Of a DNA stretch of 64,000 nucleotides, positions 35,461 to 48,490 are shown piece after piece. The notes under the pieces were generated by a model. It saw nothing but the letters and a program-made list of their open reading frames with translations, ran no database searches and was not told where the DNA came from. The first letter of the stretch is position 1. Each line of letters begins with the position of its first letter. The stretch covers positions 62,001 to 126,000 of the forward strand of contig NIVC01001988.1 of NCBI GenBank assembly GCA_002269645.1, given 5' to 3'. Made by a program: the position numbers and the translations under genes. The DNA is from Macrostomum lignano. Taxonomy: Eukaryota.

Positions 35461-37780
35461 ATAATTTCCTGCTTATCCCCTATATAGCAGCTTATTGAAA
35501 TAGCTACCACCATTCAAGTCTATAGGCCCTATCAATAATTCCAATTTTATATCCACACTGGTCCATGTCAATAATTTTCAGCTTACCCCCATGGCTAAGA
35601 TTGTGCAGTTATTGTTTGTGTTTAGTTTTGTGTACTGACATTAAATTGATATTGTAATTATCATTAATATTATTATCATTATTATTAACATATTAAAATT
35701 TGAATTTTGTAAGTCTCATTTGCCTCAATCTTAGGGTCCATTCATTGGTTGTTCTAAGCAATGCCAGCAGCTAAGCGAATATTTAAAATTAACCTTTTCA
35801 ATGATAACAAAGTACTTGATGCTACTATTCAATATTCAGTAGTTTATTTGGAAGATTTATAAAACAGTGAAATAAACATATACATTTTAAACAGATTCAT
35901 TTTAAAGTTCTCTATTCTAATAAGCTGCCATGGGGATAAGCTGAAAATTATTGACATGGATTTGTGTGGATAAAATTGGAATTATTGACATGGCCTATAG
36001 ACTTGAATGGTGGCAGCTATTTTAATAAGCTGCTGATGGCTGTGGGGATAGGCAGTTGTTATTGTTACAGTGACGATATAAATAGCGAGACAGTTATTTT
36101 TATAGTTAACACTTAAAACAAATACCATCTAAATGAAGTGATAAACTTGCTATGCAAATACTATGATGGTTAAATTTAAAAAATAAAGAAACGTTTTATT
36201 AATAAATACCATGGTAACTTCTAGTGGTTCTTGTCATGGTAGCTCACTCACTTTAGGTAATTGTTACTATTACCTTGTAATTTAATAGAAATTTCTTCCA
36301 CATGACCATAAAAATAGCCATTTTGCTTCCTACTTACGGTGACTATAAAAATAACAGTTTTGCTATTTATATGGTTACATTAAGTAAAGACCATAGGCCC
36401 ACATAGTGTCTTATGTGTTAACCGTAAAAATAACCATTTTGTTATTTATACAGTCACCGTAATAATAACAACTGCCATGGGGATAAGCTAGAAATTATTG
36501 ACACAGATAAAATTAGAATTATCAACATAGGACGATGGGGATAAGCACTTCCTTAAGAATCTACCCCCCCCTCAAAAATTTCTGGTTGCACTAGCCTAAC
36601 CTATGCACTCCCTCTCTAAATCTAAAATCCACCACTAACACTGAGACTAAGTAGGCCTAGGCAAGTAGGCAGTAAGAATAAACATAATAATAAAGATAAA
36701 CAGGCTATATAAAACTTAGCAAAGTATTCCAGTAAGGGCAGTGAACATGGACACTGTCACTGTCTAGACTCTAGATAGAGTGCTAGTGCGTGCTGCATGC
36801 AGACTTGTGGCAGCTGTGAGCTGCAGGGCATAGGGAGGGGGAATTGGGGATGTATCCCCTAAACAGCCAAGAATGTTTGTTGAAATGTTTTTCTTAATAG
36901 AGGTGGCCAATCTCCCACCCGAAGAAAAATTCTGGATATGTGCCTCAGATGTTGGGTCCCACTGGTGTGCCAGACACTGAGACAGGCCTATACGCTACGC
37001 CCTACCAGTTTTCGTTTGAATGTGTCTTACAATTCAAAGTTGCATCTTAAGTTCAAATACCAAAACGAAATCGTTTTTGCCGTTAAAAATTTAGGCAATC
37101 ATAATTCCATTTTGTTAGCAGCGACCAGCTCGTCATCGTTACGAAAAGGTCACATCAGGATGTACACATCGAGAAGTAAATGAAAAAAAATTTTCTACGA
37201 AGTTTTTTGGTTCAAACAGAGGCAAAATATTTAGATCCCCCTGCATAAAAAAGTTTTCATATTTAAAAAATTAAAAACTTGGTTTTTTATAATTCTAAAG
37301 AGAAAAAGCTAAAAAATACGTAACATTTAACGACCAGTTATTTTCCTTTTGTTTTACTGTAAAACGAAAATTTTTTCGGTCTACTTCAATTTTTTTATTT
37401 TCTTAGATACCGTCAAAATCCTATCTGCTCCTTCTATTAGATCGTCACTCGTCAACTGCTTCAAAGTGGACTGTTCTGAAGACCTTTAGTTTTTTGGTAA
37501 GTTTATTCTTTACCGATTTATTTGTTTAGTCTCAAGGCTTTTAGCCCGAAATTTATCAAAATGTGGAGTTAGTTTTGGTTGTTCGAAGTTTGACATTTCA
37601 ATGCATTTAATGTACATGTACATGTGGGCTCTAATGTACATATAACCAACACGATTTAATAACAGCTGTTTCTTAATCTGAATAAATTTCGGCAAATCGC
37701 AATTACATAAAAACGGCTTTATCTTTTTATTTCAGCCGAACGGTATTTGAGATTTTTAACGACACAATAAGTGCATTATC

Positions 37781-37792
37781 ATGGGCCGACCG
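37781..37792 (+). CDS. Moe: ERM (moesin/ezrin/radixin) exon 1 (MGRP)
   Basis: ATGGGCCGACCG|GTAAGT. A 4-codon first exon, as in vertebrate ERM genes; upstream acceptor TTTCAG at 37735. Confidence 0.8.
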
Positions 37793-37908
37793 GTAAGTTT
37801 TTATTAGTTGGGGTTGATAAATTTTCATATATTTTTTCAACTTCGTTGTTGACTTTAAAACTTTATAGACAACAAAATTTACAGCTTCTAGTACTATAAA
37901 CGTTTTAG

Positions 37909-37992
37909 GTTAATGTTCGGGTCACAACAATGGATGCTGAACTGGAGTTCACAATTCAGCCTAATACAACCGGGAAGCAGTTGTTTGACCAG
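37909..37992 (+). CDS. Moe: ERM exon 2
   Basis: [28 protein letters not shown]; TTTAG acceptor, CAG|GTAGGA donor. Confidence 0.95.
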
Positions 37993-38116
37993 GTAGGAAC
38001 TGTAACACAACATCAATTTTTTTAGATTGATAATGCAGTCGCACCTTACAGTCTTCATAATTGTCGTGTTGGAATTAATTAGCTTTAATTAAATCTTGGT
38101 CCAATTAATATTCAAG

Positions 38117-38413
38117 GTTGTAAAAACGATCGGTCTCCGCGAAATCTGGTACTTTGGTCTGCGCTACACCGATAGCAAAGGTTTCAGCGCTTGGCTGAAG
38201 CTCAACAACAAAGTAATGCAACAGGACGTGCCCAAAGACGGCCCGCTGGCGTTCGATTTTCGCGTAAAATTTTACCCGGAAGACGCCTGCGAGGAGCTCA
38301 TCCAGGAGGTGACGCAGCGCATGTTCTATCTGCAGGTGAAGGAGGACATTCTCAGAGGCGAGATCTACTGCCCGCCGGAGACCGCCGTGTTGCTGGCCAG
38401 CATTGCCTGTCAG
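38117..38413 (+). CDS. Moe: ERM exon 3 (FERM)
   Basis: [15 protein letters not shown]...FYPED...[15 protein letters not shown]; 297 nt. Confidence 0.95.
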
Positions 38414-38565
38414 GTAGAGCAGCCTAGCTCTGAGTTGTGCACCTTTATGAGGACACCTGGCTCTCCCAGTTCCAGACATTTTCGTTTTACTCGTTTGACA
38501 TTTCAGATAGTGAACTTGTGAAGTCTCAAAGTGACTCAATCTTGCCACAAAACTTAACTCTACAG

Positions 38566-38979
38566 GTAAAATTTGGCGACTATAACCCGGAGACGCAGCC
38601 TCCAGGCTTCCTGAGCCACGCCGAGGGCACCCGGTTTCTCATTGCCGCCAGAGTGCTGGAGCAGCACAGCCTGTCCAAGCAGGACTGGGAGGACAAGATC
38701 GTGAACTGGTACAAAGAGATGCGCGGCCGCCTGAAGGAAGACGCCATGCTGGAGTTCCTGAAGGTGGCGCAGGACCTGGAGATGTACGGAGTGAACTACT
38801 TCGAGATTAAGAACAAGAAGGGCACCGAGCTCTACCTGGGCATCGACGCCCTCGGTCTCAACGTCTACTCGAAAGACGACAAGCTGACGCCGAAAATCGG
38901 GTTCCCCTGGTCGGAAATTCGCAACATTTCCTTCAGCGATAAAAAGTTCATCATTAAGCCTAACGATAGACGGGCTCCG
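38566..38979 (+). CDS. Moe: ERM exon 4 (FERM)
   Basis: VKFGDY...[32 protein letters not shown]...[25 protein letters not shown]; 414 nt. Confidence 0.96.
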
Positions 38980-39034
38980 GTAAATCAGTGTTTAGCAGGA
39001 TTTTGTGCTTTTAGAAAGAGTTATTGTGAGAATG

Positions 39035-40050
39035 CGATGTTCTCGTGTCTAGAAGCTGATGTTCTCTTGTCTAGCAGCTGATGTTCTCGTGTCTAGCAGC
39101 TGATGCTCTCGTGTCTAGCAGCTGATGTTCTCTTGTCTAGCAGCTGATGTTCTCGTGTTTAGCAGATGATGTTCTCGTGTCTACCAGCTGATGTTCTCGT
39201 GTCTAGCAGCTGATTGCTCTCGTGTCTAGCAGCTGATGTTCTCGTGTCTAGTAGCTGATGTTCTCGTGTCTAGCAGCTGATGTTCTCGTGTCTAGCAGTT
39301 GATGTTCTCGTGTCTAGCAGTTGATGTTCTCGTGTTTAGCAGATGATGTTCTCGTGTCTAGCAGATGATGTTCTCGTGTCTGGCAGATGATGTTCTCGTG
39401 TCTAGCAGTTGATGTTCTCGTGTCTGGCAGATGATGTTCTTGTGTCTGGCAGATGATGTTCTCGTGTCTAGCAGCTGATGTTCTCGTGTCTAGCAGTTGA
39501 TGTTCTCGTGTCTAGCAGCTGATGTTCTCGTGTCTAGCAGCTGATGTTCTCGTGTCTAGCAGTTGATGTTCTCGTGTCTAGCAGCTGATGTTCTCGTGTC
39601 TAGCAGTTGATGTTCTCGTGTCTAGCAGTTGATGTTCTCGTGTCTAGCAGCTGATGTTCTCGTGTCTAGCAGTTGATGTTCTCGTGTCTAGCAGTTGATG
39701 TTCTCGTGTCTAGCAGTTGATGTTCTCGTGTCTAGCAGCTGATGTTCTCGTGTCTAGCAGCTGATGTTCTCGTGTCTAGCAGCTGATGTTCTCGTGTATA
39801 GCAGTTGATGTTCTCGAGTCTAGCAGCTGATGTTCTCGTGTCTGGCAGCTGATGTTCTCGTGTCTAGCAGTTGATGTTCTCGTGTCTAGCAGTTGATGTT
39901 CTCGTGTCTAGCAGCTGATGTTCTCGTGTCTAGCAGCTGATGTTCTCGTGTCTAGCAGTTGATGTTCTCGTGTCTGGCAGATGATGTTCTCGTGTCTAGC
40001 AGCTGATGTTCTCGTGTCTAGCAGCTGATGTTCTCGTGTCTGGCTGATCT
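39035..40050. repeat. 22-bp minisatellite CTGATGTTCTCGTGTCTAGCAG, about 46 copies, in ERM intron 4
   Basis: Direct tandem units starting about 55 nt after the donor. Confidence 0.96.
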
Positions 40051-40302
40051 CGCGTCTAAATGATGTTTTTTGTCCAAGAGCTGATGTCTTCGTATCTAGA
40101 AATCGCTGATGTTTGGTGTCCTACAGGAGACGCTGTCGTCGTGTCTAGCGGATATTGTTGTGGTGTTCCGTTACTTTATCTTTGTGTCTACCAGATGATG
40201 ATTGGTGGCTAACAGATGCCTCTCTAAAGTAGTTATATATACGTATACTGAGCTTCCTCCTCGCAGTAAATCCTGTGTTCCCACCTGAAAACACCAACGC
40301 AG

Positions 40303-40466
40303 GACTTCATCTTCTTTGCGCCCCGCCTGCGCATCAACAAGCGCATCCTCGCGCTGTGCATGGGCAACCACGAGCTGTACATGCGCCGGCGGAAGCCCGA
40401 CACCATCGAGGTGCAGCAGATGAAGGCTCAGGCCAAGGAGGACCGCGCCAACAGGCAGCACGAGAG
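40303..40466 (+). CDS. Moe: ERM exon 5
   Basis: [46 protein letters not shown]; ends in phase 2 at AG|GTGAGC. Confidence 0.96.
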
Positions 40467-40487
40467 GTGAGCAACAGGTTGTTGGAT

Positions 40488-40690
40488 GGCATGGACTTTT
40501 ACTGAGTGACATGGACTGTTACTGAGTGACATGGACTGTTACTGAGTGACATGGACTGTTACTGAGTGACATGGACTGTTACTGAGTGACATGGACTGTT
40601 ACTGAGTGACATGGACTGTTACTGAGTGACATGGACTGTTACTGAGTGACATGGACTGTTACTGAGTGACATGGACTGTTACTGAGTGGC
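40488..40690. repeat. 20-bp minisatellite ACTGAGTGACATGGACTGTT, about 10 copies
   Basis: Near-perfect units starting about 20 nt after the exon 5 donor. Confidence 0.96.
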
Positions 40691-41364
40691 AGTGACATGA
40701 AACTCGGACAGATTGATAATTTCGATCAGAACTCCGTAACCGTACCGTAGGGTTAAGTGACCGTCTCATTCGGACTCTCCGACCGTTAAACTATCATTTA
40801 GAATTTGCAACTCGATTAAGCAGAGCCTGGTTGCCGAACAGGATGTGTGCGCAATGACTGAGAGTGAAGCAGGAGAGTTATTTAAAGAAATTGGAGAGCC
40901 AGCTGTAGCCCCGCTCCAAAACTGTATGTCAAACCCAACACTAGTTTTGCCCTTCCGGTTTCACCTCAGGTGTCCTGCATCGCTCAGCTTTGAGCGAATT
41001 AATTTGCTGATTTTCTCGTCCCCTTAAACAGCTCTCATTCTCCAAGCAAGCTGATTCACTGCGGAGCCAAGAATTGTCTTCCTTCAGTCGGTTCATGCGG
41101 CCCTGTGTGTCGCTTTCGTCTGACTCTCGAAAAAAGCTGAATAAATAAATACTTTTTAGTTCTCTTTCACTCTGGTTTCTAGTACCACCCTTAGAGGCCT
41201 GTAGTCTTAGACGGAAATATGTCTCAAGAGATAAATTAGAGAAGGTTTTGGAAGGAAATTTGTGAAACAGTAAATTGCTTTCCATCCGGTATGAACACAA
41301 TTGTACTTTAATGGATAGTTCCATTGTGTTGTGTGGCTGCTTAAAGTTAATGCAGGGCACTTCT

Positions 41365-44300
41365 CACTGATCACATGAATGCAGGACACTGCTCACATGA
41401 ATACAGGACACTGCTCACATTATTACAGGACACTGCTCACATTAATACAGGACACTGCTCACATGAATACAGGACACTGCTCACATGAATACAGGACACT
41501 GCTCACATGAATGCAGGACACTGCTCACATGAATACAGGACACTGCTCACATGAATGCAGGACACTGATCACATGAATGCAGGACACTGCTCACATGAAT
41601 ACAGGACACTGCTCACATTAATACAGGACACTGCTCACATGAATGCAGGACACTACTCACATGAATGCAGGACACTGATCACATGAATACAGGACACTGC
41701 TCACATGAATGCAGGACACTACTCACATGAATGCAGGACACTGATCACATGAATGCAGGACACTGCTCACATGAATGCAGGACACTACTCACATGAATGC
41801 AGGACACTGATCACATGAATACAGGACACTGCTCACATGAATACAGGACACTACTCACATGAATGCAGGACACTGATCACATGAATGCAGGACACTGCTC
41901 ACATGAATGCAGGACACTACTCACATGAATGCAGGACACTGATCACATGAATACAGGACACTGCTCACATGAATGCAGGACACTACTCACATGAATGCAG
42001 GACACTGATCACATGAATGCAGGACACTGATCACATGAATGCAGGACACTGCTCACATGAATACAGGACACTGCTCACATGAATGCAGGACACTGATCAC
42101 ATGAATGCAGGACACTGCTCACATGAATGCAGGACACTGCTCACATGAATGCAGGACACTACTCACATGAATGCAGGACACTGTTCACATGAATGCAGGA
42201 CACTGCTCACATGAATGCAGGACACTGATCACATGAATGCAGGACACTGCTCACATGAATACAGGACACTGCTCACATTAATACAGGACACTGCTCACAT
42301 TAATACAGGACACTGCTCACATTAATACAGGACACTGCTCACATTAATACAGGACACTGCTCACATTAATGCAGGACACTACTCACATGAATACAGGACA
42401 CTGATCACATGAATACAGGACACTGCTCACATGAATGCAGGACACTACTCACATGAATGCAGGACACTGATCACATGAATGCAGGACACTGATCACATGA
42501 ATGCAGGACACTGCTCACATGAATGCAGGACACTGCTCACATGAATGCAGGACACTGCTCACATGAATGCAGGACACTGCTCACATGAATGCAGGACACT
42601 GCTCACATGAATGCAGGACACTGCTCACATGAATGCAGGACACTGCTCACATGAATACAGGACACTGCTCACATGAATACAGGACACTGATCACATGAAT
42701 ACAGGACACTGCTCACATGAATACAGGACACTGATCACATGAATACAGGACACTGATCACATGAATACAGGACACTGCTCACATGAATACAGGACACTGC
42801 TCACATGAATACAGGACACTGATCACATTAATACAGGACACTGCTCACATGAATACAGGACACTGCTCACATGAATACAGGACACTGCTCACATGAATAC
42901 AGGACACTGCTCACATGAATGCAGGACACTGCTCACATGAATACAGGACACTGCTCACATGAATGCAGGACACTGATCACATGAATGCAGGACACTGCTC
43001 ACATGAATACAGGACACTGCTCACATTAATACAGGACACTGCTCACATGAATGCAGGACACTACTCACATGAATGCAGGACACTGATCACATGAATACAG
43101 GACACTGCTCACATGAATGCAGGACACTACTCACATGAATGCAGGACACTGATCACATGAATGCAGGACACTGCTCACATGAATGCAGGACACTACTCAC
43201 ATGAATGCAGGACACTGATCACATGAATACAGGACACTGCTCACATGAATACAGGACACTACTCACATGAATGCAGGACACTGATCACATGAATGCAGGA
43301 CACTGCTCACATGAATGCAGGACACTACTCACATGAATGCAGGACACTGATCACATGAATACAGGACACTGCTCACATGAATGCAGGACACTACTCACAT
43401 GAATGCAGGACACTGATCACATGAATGCAGGACACTGATCACATGAATGCAGGACACTGCTCACATGAATACAGGACACTGCTCACATGAATGCAGGACA
43501 CTGATCACATGAATGCAGGACACTGCTCACATGAATGCAGGACACTGCTCACATGAATGCAGGACACTACTCACATGAATGCAGGACACTGATCACATGA
43601 ATGCAGGACACTGCTCACATGAATGCAGGACACTGATCACATGAATGCAGGACACTGCTCACATGAATACAGGACACTGCTCACATTAATACAGGACACT
43701 GCTCACATTAATACAGGACACTACTCACATGAATGCAGGACACTGATCACATGAATGCAGGACACTGCTCACATGAATGCAGGACACTACTCACATGAAT
43801 GCAGGACACTGATCACATGAATACAGGACACTGCTCACATGAATGCAGGACACTACTCACATGAATGCAGGACACTGATCACATGAATGCAGGACACTGA
43901 TCACATGAATGCAGGACACTGCTCACATGAATACAGGACACTGCTCACATGAATGCAGGACACTGATCACATGAATGCAGGACACTGCTCACATGAATGC
44001 AGGACACTGCTCACATGAATGCAGGACACTACTCACATGAATGCAGGACACTGATCACATGAATGCAGGACACTGCTCACATGAATGCAGGACACTGATC
44101 ACATGAATGCAGGACACTGCTCACATGAATACAGGACACTGCTCACATTAATACAGGACACTGCTCACATTAATACAGGACACTGCTCACATTAATACAG
44201 GACACTGCTCACATTAATACAGGACACTGCTCACATTAATGCAGGACACTACTCACATGAATACAGGACACTGATCACATGAATACAGGACACTGCTCAC

Positions 44301-44830
44301 ATGAATGCAGGACACTACTCACATGAATGCAGGACACTGATCACATGAATGCAGGACACTGATCACATGAATGCAGGACACTGCTCACATGAATGCAGGA
44401 CACTGCTCACATGAATGCAGGACACTGCTCACATGAATGCAGGACACTGCTCACATGAATGCAGGACACTGCTCACATGAATGCAGGACACTGCTCACAT
44501 GAATGCAGGACACTGCTCACATGAATGCAGGACACTGCTCACATGAATGCAGGACACTGCTCACATGAATACAGGACACTGCTCACATGAATACAGGACA
44601 CTGATCACATGAATACAGGACACTGCTCACATGAATACAGGACACTGATCACATGAATACAGGACACTGATCACATGAATACAGGACACTGCTCACATGA
44701 ATACAGGACACTGTTCACATGAATACAGGACACTGATCACATTAATACAGGACACTGCTCACATGAATACAGGACACTGCTCACATGAATACAGGACACT
44801 GCTCACATTAATACAGGACACTGCTCACAT
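41365..44830. repeat. 22-bp minisatellite ACATGAAT(G/A)CAGGACACTGCTC, about 155 copies, in ERM intron 5
   Basis: A 3.5-kb array with a few binary variant positions. Confidence 0.97.
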
Positions 44831-45409
44831 GAAATCTGAAGCTAGCAGTCCCTACAATTTCATTCAACTCCCGCACTTAACTTTCCATTCGTAACAGAAA
44901 TACTGTCCCTTTGGGATTTGGGACGAGTATTTCCCAAATGAATAATCTATGCCCTGGGCGTGTCCTCTGCAGTGAGCCCTGCTGTGCCTGAGTTCACCAA
45001 CCTTCCGTCTGTAAATCTGTAAACTTGCTATAAATGGGGGAAGGCGACCGCACTGACCTCATTCAAAAGGTTGGTCTGAGCGATTGCCCTGAAGGACTTA
45101 ACTCATATGCGCTCAGCTCCCCTGACACAGAGAGCGTATTTCAAACGGTTCCTCATAATCCTTTGATCTATATATGAGTGCCAGTCAAATAACCTGCTAC
45201 AACGATTTAAACTGCCCTTCAAACACAAATAGGGATATTTATAAAGCCAGAAATATCACATTAAAGAGTTTTGCTGAGCAAAATTATAAAAGTTGAGTAA
45301 GTAAGCATTCAGTTTTTTCATAGTTGTTTGAGAATTCGGCTGAGTTTCTCACTTTATCATACTCATACGGCCTGCCATTGGCCCATGCAGTCTAAGCATG
45401 CTTATTCTT

Positions 45410-46380
45410 GAACCTCAGCTCCTCAACAACGTCCCTTTTGAGTCTCGGTTCCTCAACAACGTCCCTTTTTGAGCCTCGGTTCCTCACCAACGTCCCTTTT
45501 GAGTCTCGGTTCCTCAACAACGTCCCTTTTTGAGTCTCGGTTCCTCAACAACGTCTCTTTTTGAGTCTCGGTTGCTCAACAACGTCCCTTTTGAGTCTCG
45601 GTTCCTCAACAACGTCTCTTTTTGAGTCTCGGTTCCTCAACAACGTCCCTTTTGAGTCTCGGTTCCTCAACAACGTCCCTTTTGAGTCTCGGTTCCTCAA
45701 CAACGTCCCTTTTGAGTCTCGGTTCCTCAACAACGTCCCTTTTGAGTCTCGGTTCCTCAACAACGTCCCTTTTGCGTCTCGGTTCCTCAACAACGTCCCT
45801 TTTGCGTCTCGGTTCCTCAACAACGTCCCTTTTTGAGTCTCGGTTCCTCAACAACGTCCCTTTTGAGTCTCGGTTCCTCAACAACGTCCCTTTTTGAGTC
45901 TCGGTTCCTCAGCAACGTCCTTTTTAAGCCTCGGTTCTTCAGCAACGCCCCCCCCCTTTTTAAGCCTCGGTTCTTCAGCAACGCCCCCCCCCTTTTTAAG
46001 CCTCGGTTCTTCACCAACGCCCCCCCCTTTTTAAGCCTCGGTTCTTCAGCAACGCCCCCCCCCCTTTTTAAGCCTCGGTTCTTCAGCAACGCCCCCCCCC
46101 TTTTTTAAGCCTCGGTTCTTCAGCAACGCCCCCCCCCCCTTTTTAAGCCTCGGTTCTTCAGCAACGCCCCCCCCCCTTTTTAAGCCTCGGTTCTTCAGCA
46201 ACGCCCCCCCCTTTTTAAGCCTCGGTTATTCAGCAACGCCCCCCCCCTTTTTAAGCCTCGGTTCTTCAGCAACGCCCCCCCCTTTTTAAGCCTCGGTTCT
46301 TCAGCAACGCCCCCCCCCTTTTTAAGCCTCGGTTCCTCAGAAACGCCCCCCCCCTATTGAGCCTCGGTTCCTCAGCAACG
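45410..46380. repeat. Two related 30-36-bp minisatellites in tandem
   Basis: TTCCTCAACAACGTCCCTTTTGAGTCTCGG to about 45910, then TTCTTCAGCAACGCCCCCCCCTTTTTAAGCCTCGG. Confidence 0.94.
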
Positions 46381-48254
46381 TTCCTTTGAGACTTGGCTTC
46401 TGAGAAACACTTCTCAGTATATTGTTTCTGCGATAGAAATGCTGCTGAATACAAAGCACCCTTTTCCTGATGTATTGTCGACTAGAACAAATTATGTGTG
46501 CAGTTTTTCATAGTAGAAGGCTATAATAGAGTAAAAGTGAAAGTACGCCCCGTCCTAAAAGTCGGTTTCTACACTCAGCACGCCCCTCCCTAAACGAGTT
46601 GGTATCGCATTGCATTGCCACGTCCAACCGAAAACTTGGCCATGGAGACGCGCCCAGGCAAGAGACGATTTTGGTTGAGTTTTGTTTGGTTTTTAAGAAA
46701 TTCTAGCCTGCATGCAATACGTTTGCACCGCGCTCGATACAAAAGTACCAAGTGTTCTTGCACCTGTCACGTGACGGTCATCAATCACATGCATTTCTTC
46801 ACTGCTTGTGGCGATTGTAATGTTTCACCACCCGAATAACCCGTCTAAAACCAATGGCGCATGTCATCACCCAAATACAAGCCCTGAAAGCAACGAATCT
46901 GCTTTGGGGAAGAGGTCACGCCTAGGGCAGAATAGACCGATTTAAATTATAAAGGATTATAAAGTGGAGAGAACTATGAGTGCAATTTTCACCTCTGGTC
47001 CCAAATACGAGGTTGGATCGCAGAGAAAGCGCTAAAATCAGTCAGTCAAGCATGAAAAATGGCCTGTCATGAAAAAAAAACAAAGTCTTGCCGTCTTGCC
47101 ACACACAGCTCAGTGTGCATTGTCGAAGACCCACCAGCTGCTCAATCTGCGCCCGAAATTCCAATTCGGGAATTCTCTGGCGGGGCAGGTACACCCGGTG
47201 TGCCGTAGGCTACAATTCACCTGAACCTACCTGTAGATCCAGGGCTTGGGCATTGAGAGAGTCAGGGGGTGAGGCACAACTGCGTCACTGGGCGCAACTG
47301 ATTGCCTATTAGCCCGCAATTCAGCATGCCCTCTCCTCCGTTCGTTAGTAGTTTCACTTTTTCTCCATGCATTTAGCCGGGTGTGCAGTGGCGCTGGGCT
47401 GAAGTTTCTCAGCGTGGCAGCGGGAGGGGCGCGACACAAGGGGGGGGGGTCTTGACTCTTGCCGCTTGACTGCAGCAGATCTCCGCCTGCCTGGGGTAGG
47501 GGTTGCCAGGCGGGGCAAGTCAAGGACATCGTTAACAGAGAATCTGGATTGCCAACTAATATTTTTCAGAACTCTCTCTCTCTAGACTGGAGTTTTGTCC
47601 ATCAACTCCAGAAAGTCCTGAAATTGTTTTATTTAAATGTTTCACACATACCTTCATACAAGCTTTTTTACGAGCTATCTAGATTCTTATCCAGAGTTGC
47701 CAGCTTTTCAACAAAAAGAAGGACGAATGATTTACTCAATTGAAAGTCTACAGTCAGCATGTTGAGTCTTGCAGCTGATGCACCCCGCATTCTGGTCTCA
47801 GGTCTCCTTGGACAGGCCAGCCAAAGTCCCCAACCCCAGCTCAATTCCATTTCTCAGGCAAACTCAACTCCCCCTCCCCAAGCACAGCCAGTCGGGCTCC
47901 CAAATTCTTGTGCCGATTTCATTTTCTTTTCTCCAATATTTCTTTCTTTTTTCGCTTTTCTTTAGCTGGACCCTCGGAGAGCGGCTGAAGGCGAAGTATA
48001 TGGAAAATAAAGAGAAATTTCACACGGCACACAAGCGTTCCAGTTGGATACTATTAGAGCGAGTAATGGCCGGTACACGGCTTTCTCGCTTTCTCGCCCA
48101 CTTTTACTTGAGAATTCTGAGCAGCACAGAATTCTGTTAGTCTCCTTTTGAGTATGAAAGTTTCAATTGCCGAGCAGTCGATTAACTCTTAGTACTAGAG
48201 TAGTAAATTCAGTTAAACTCAGGCGTACACTGAGGAGGGAAGGGTGGTGTCAGG

Positions 48255-48490
48255 GAGAAGCTAAATTAGGTGTCAGGGAGGGGCTGGACTAGGTGTCAGG
48301 GAGAGGCTGGACTAGGTGTCAGGGAGGGGCTGGACTAGGTGTCAGGGAGAGGCTGGACTAGGTGTCGGGGAGAGGCTGGACTAGGTGTCGGGGAGAGGCT
48401 GGACTAGGTATCAGGGAGAGGCTGGATCAGGTGTCAGGGAGAGACTGGACTAGGTGTCAGGAAGAGGCTGGATCAGGTGTCAGGGAGGGC
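48255..48490. repeat. 23-bp minisatellite GGACTAGGTGTCAGGGAGAGGCT
   Basis: About 10 tandem units. Confidence 0.92.

Larger units (their letters stand above)
31956..36552. mobile_element. Foldback/Mutator-like non-autonomous element with modular inverted arms, interrupted by a 3.4-kb insertion
   Basis: Arm GAAGTGCTTATCCC...GATAATTCTAATTTTATC at 31957 is mirrored at 36475-36551. An inner inverted pair lies at 35469-35600 and 35920-36055. Flanks TTCAGAATC (31947-31955) and TTAAGAATC (36553-36561) form a 9-bp TSD with 1 mismatch. Confidence 0.55.

Noticed and set aside
41365-44830. CRISPR-like appearance of regular 20-39-bp repeats
   Set aside because: The units are contiguous with no unique spacers, there are no cas genes, and the context is a eukaryotic intron.
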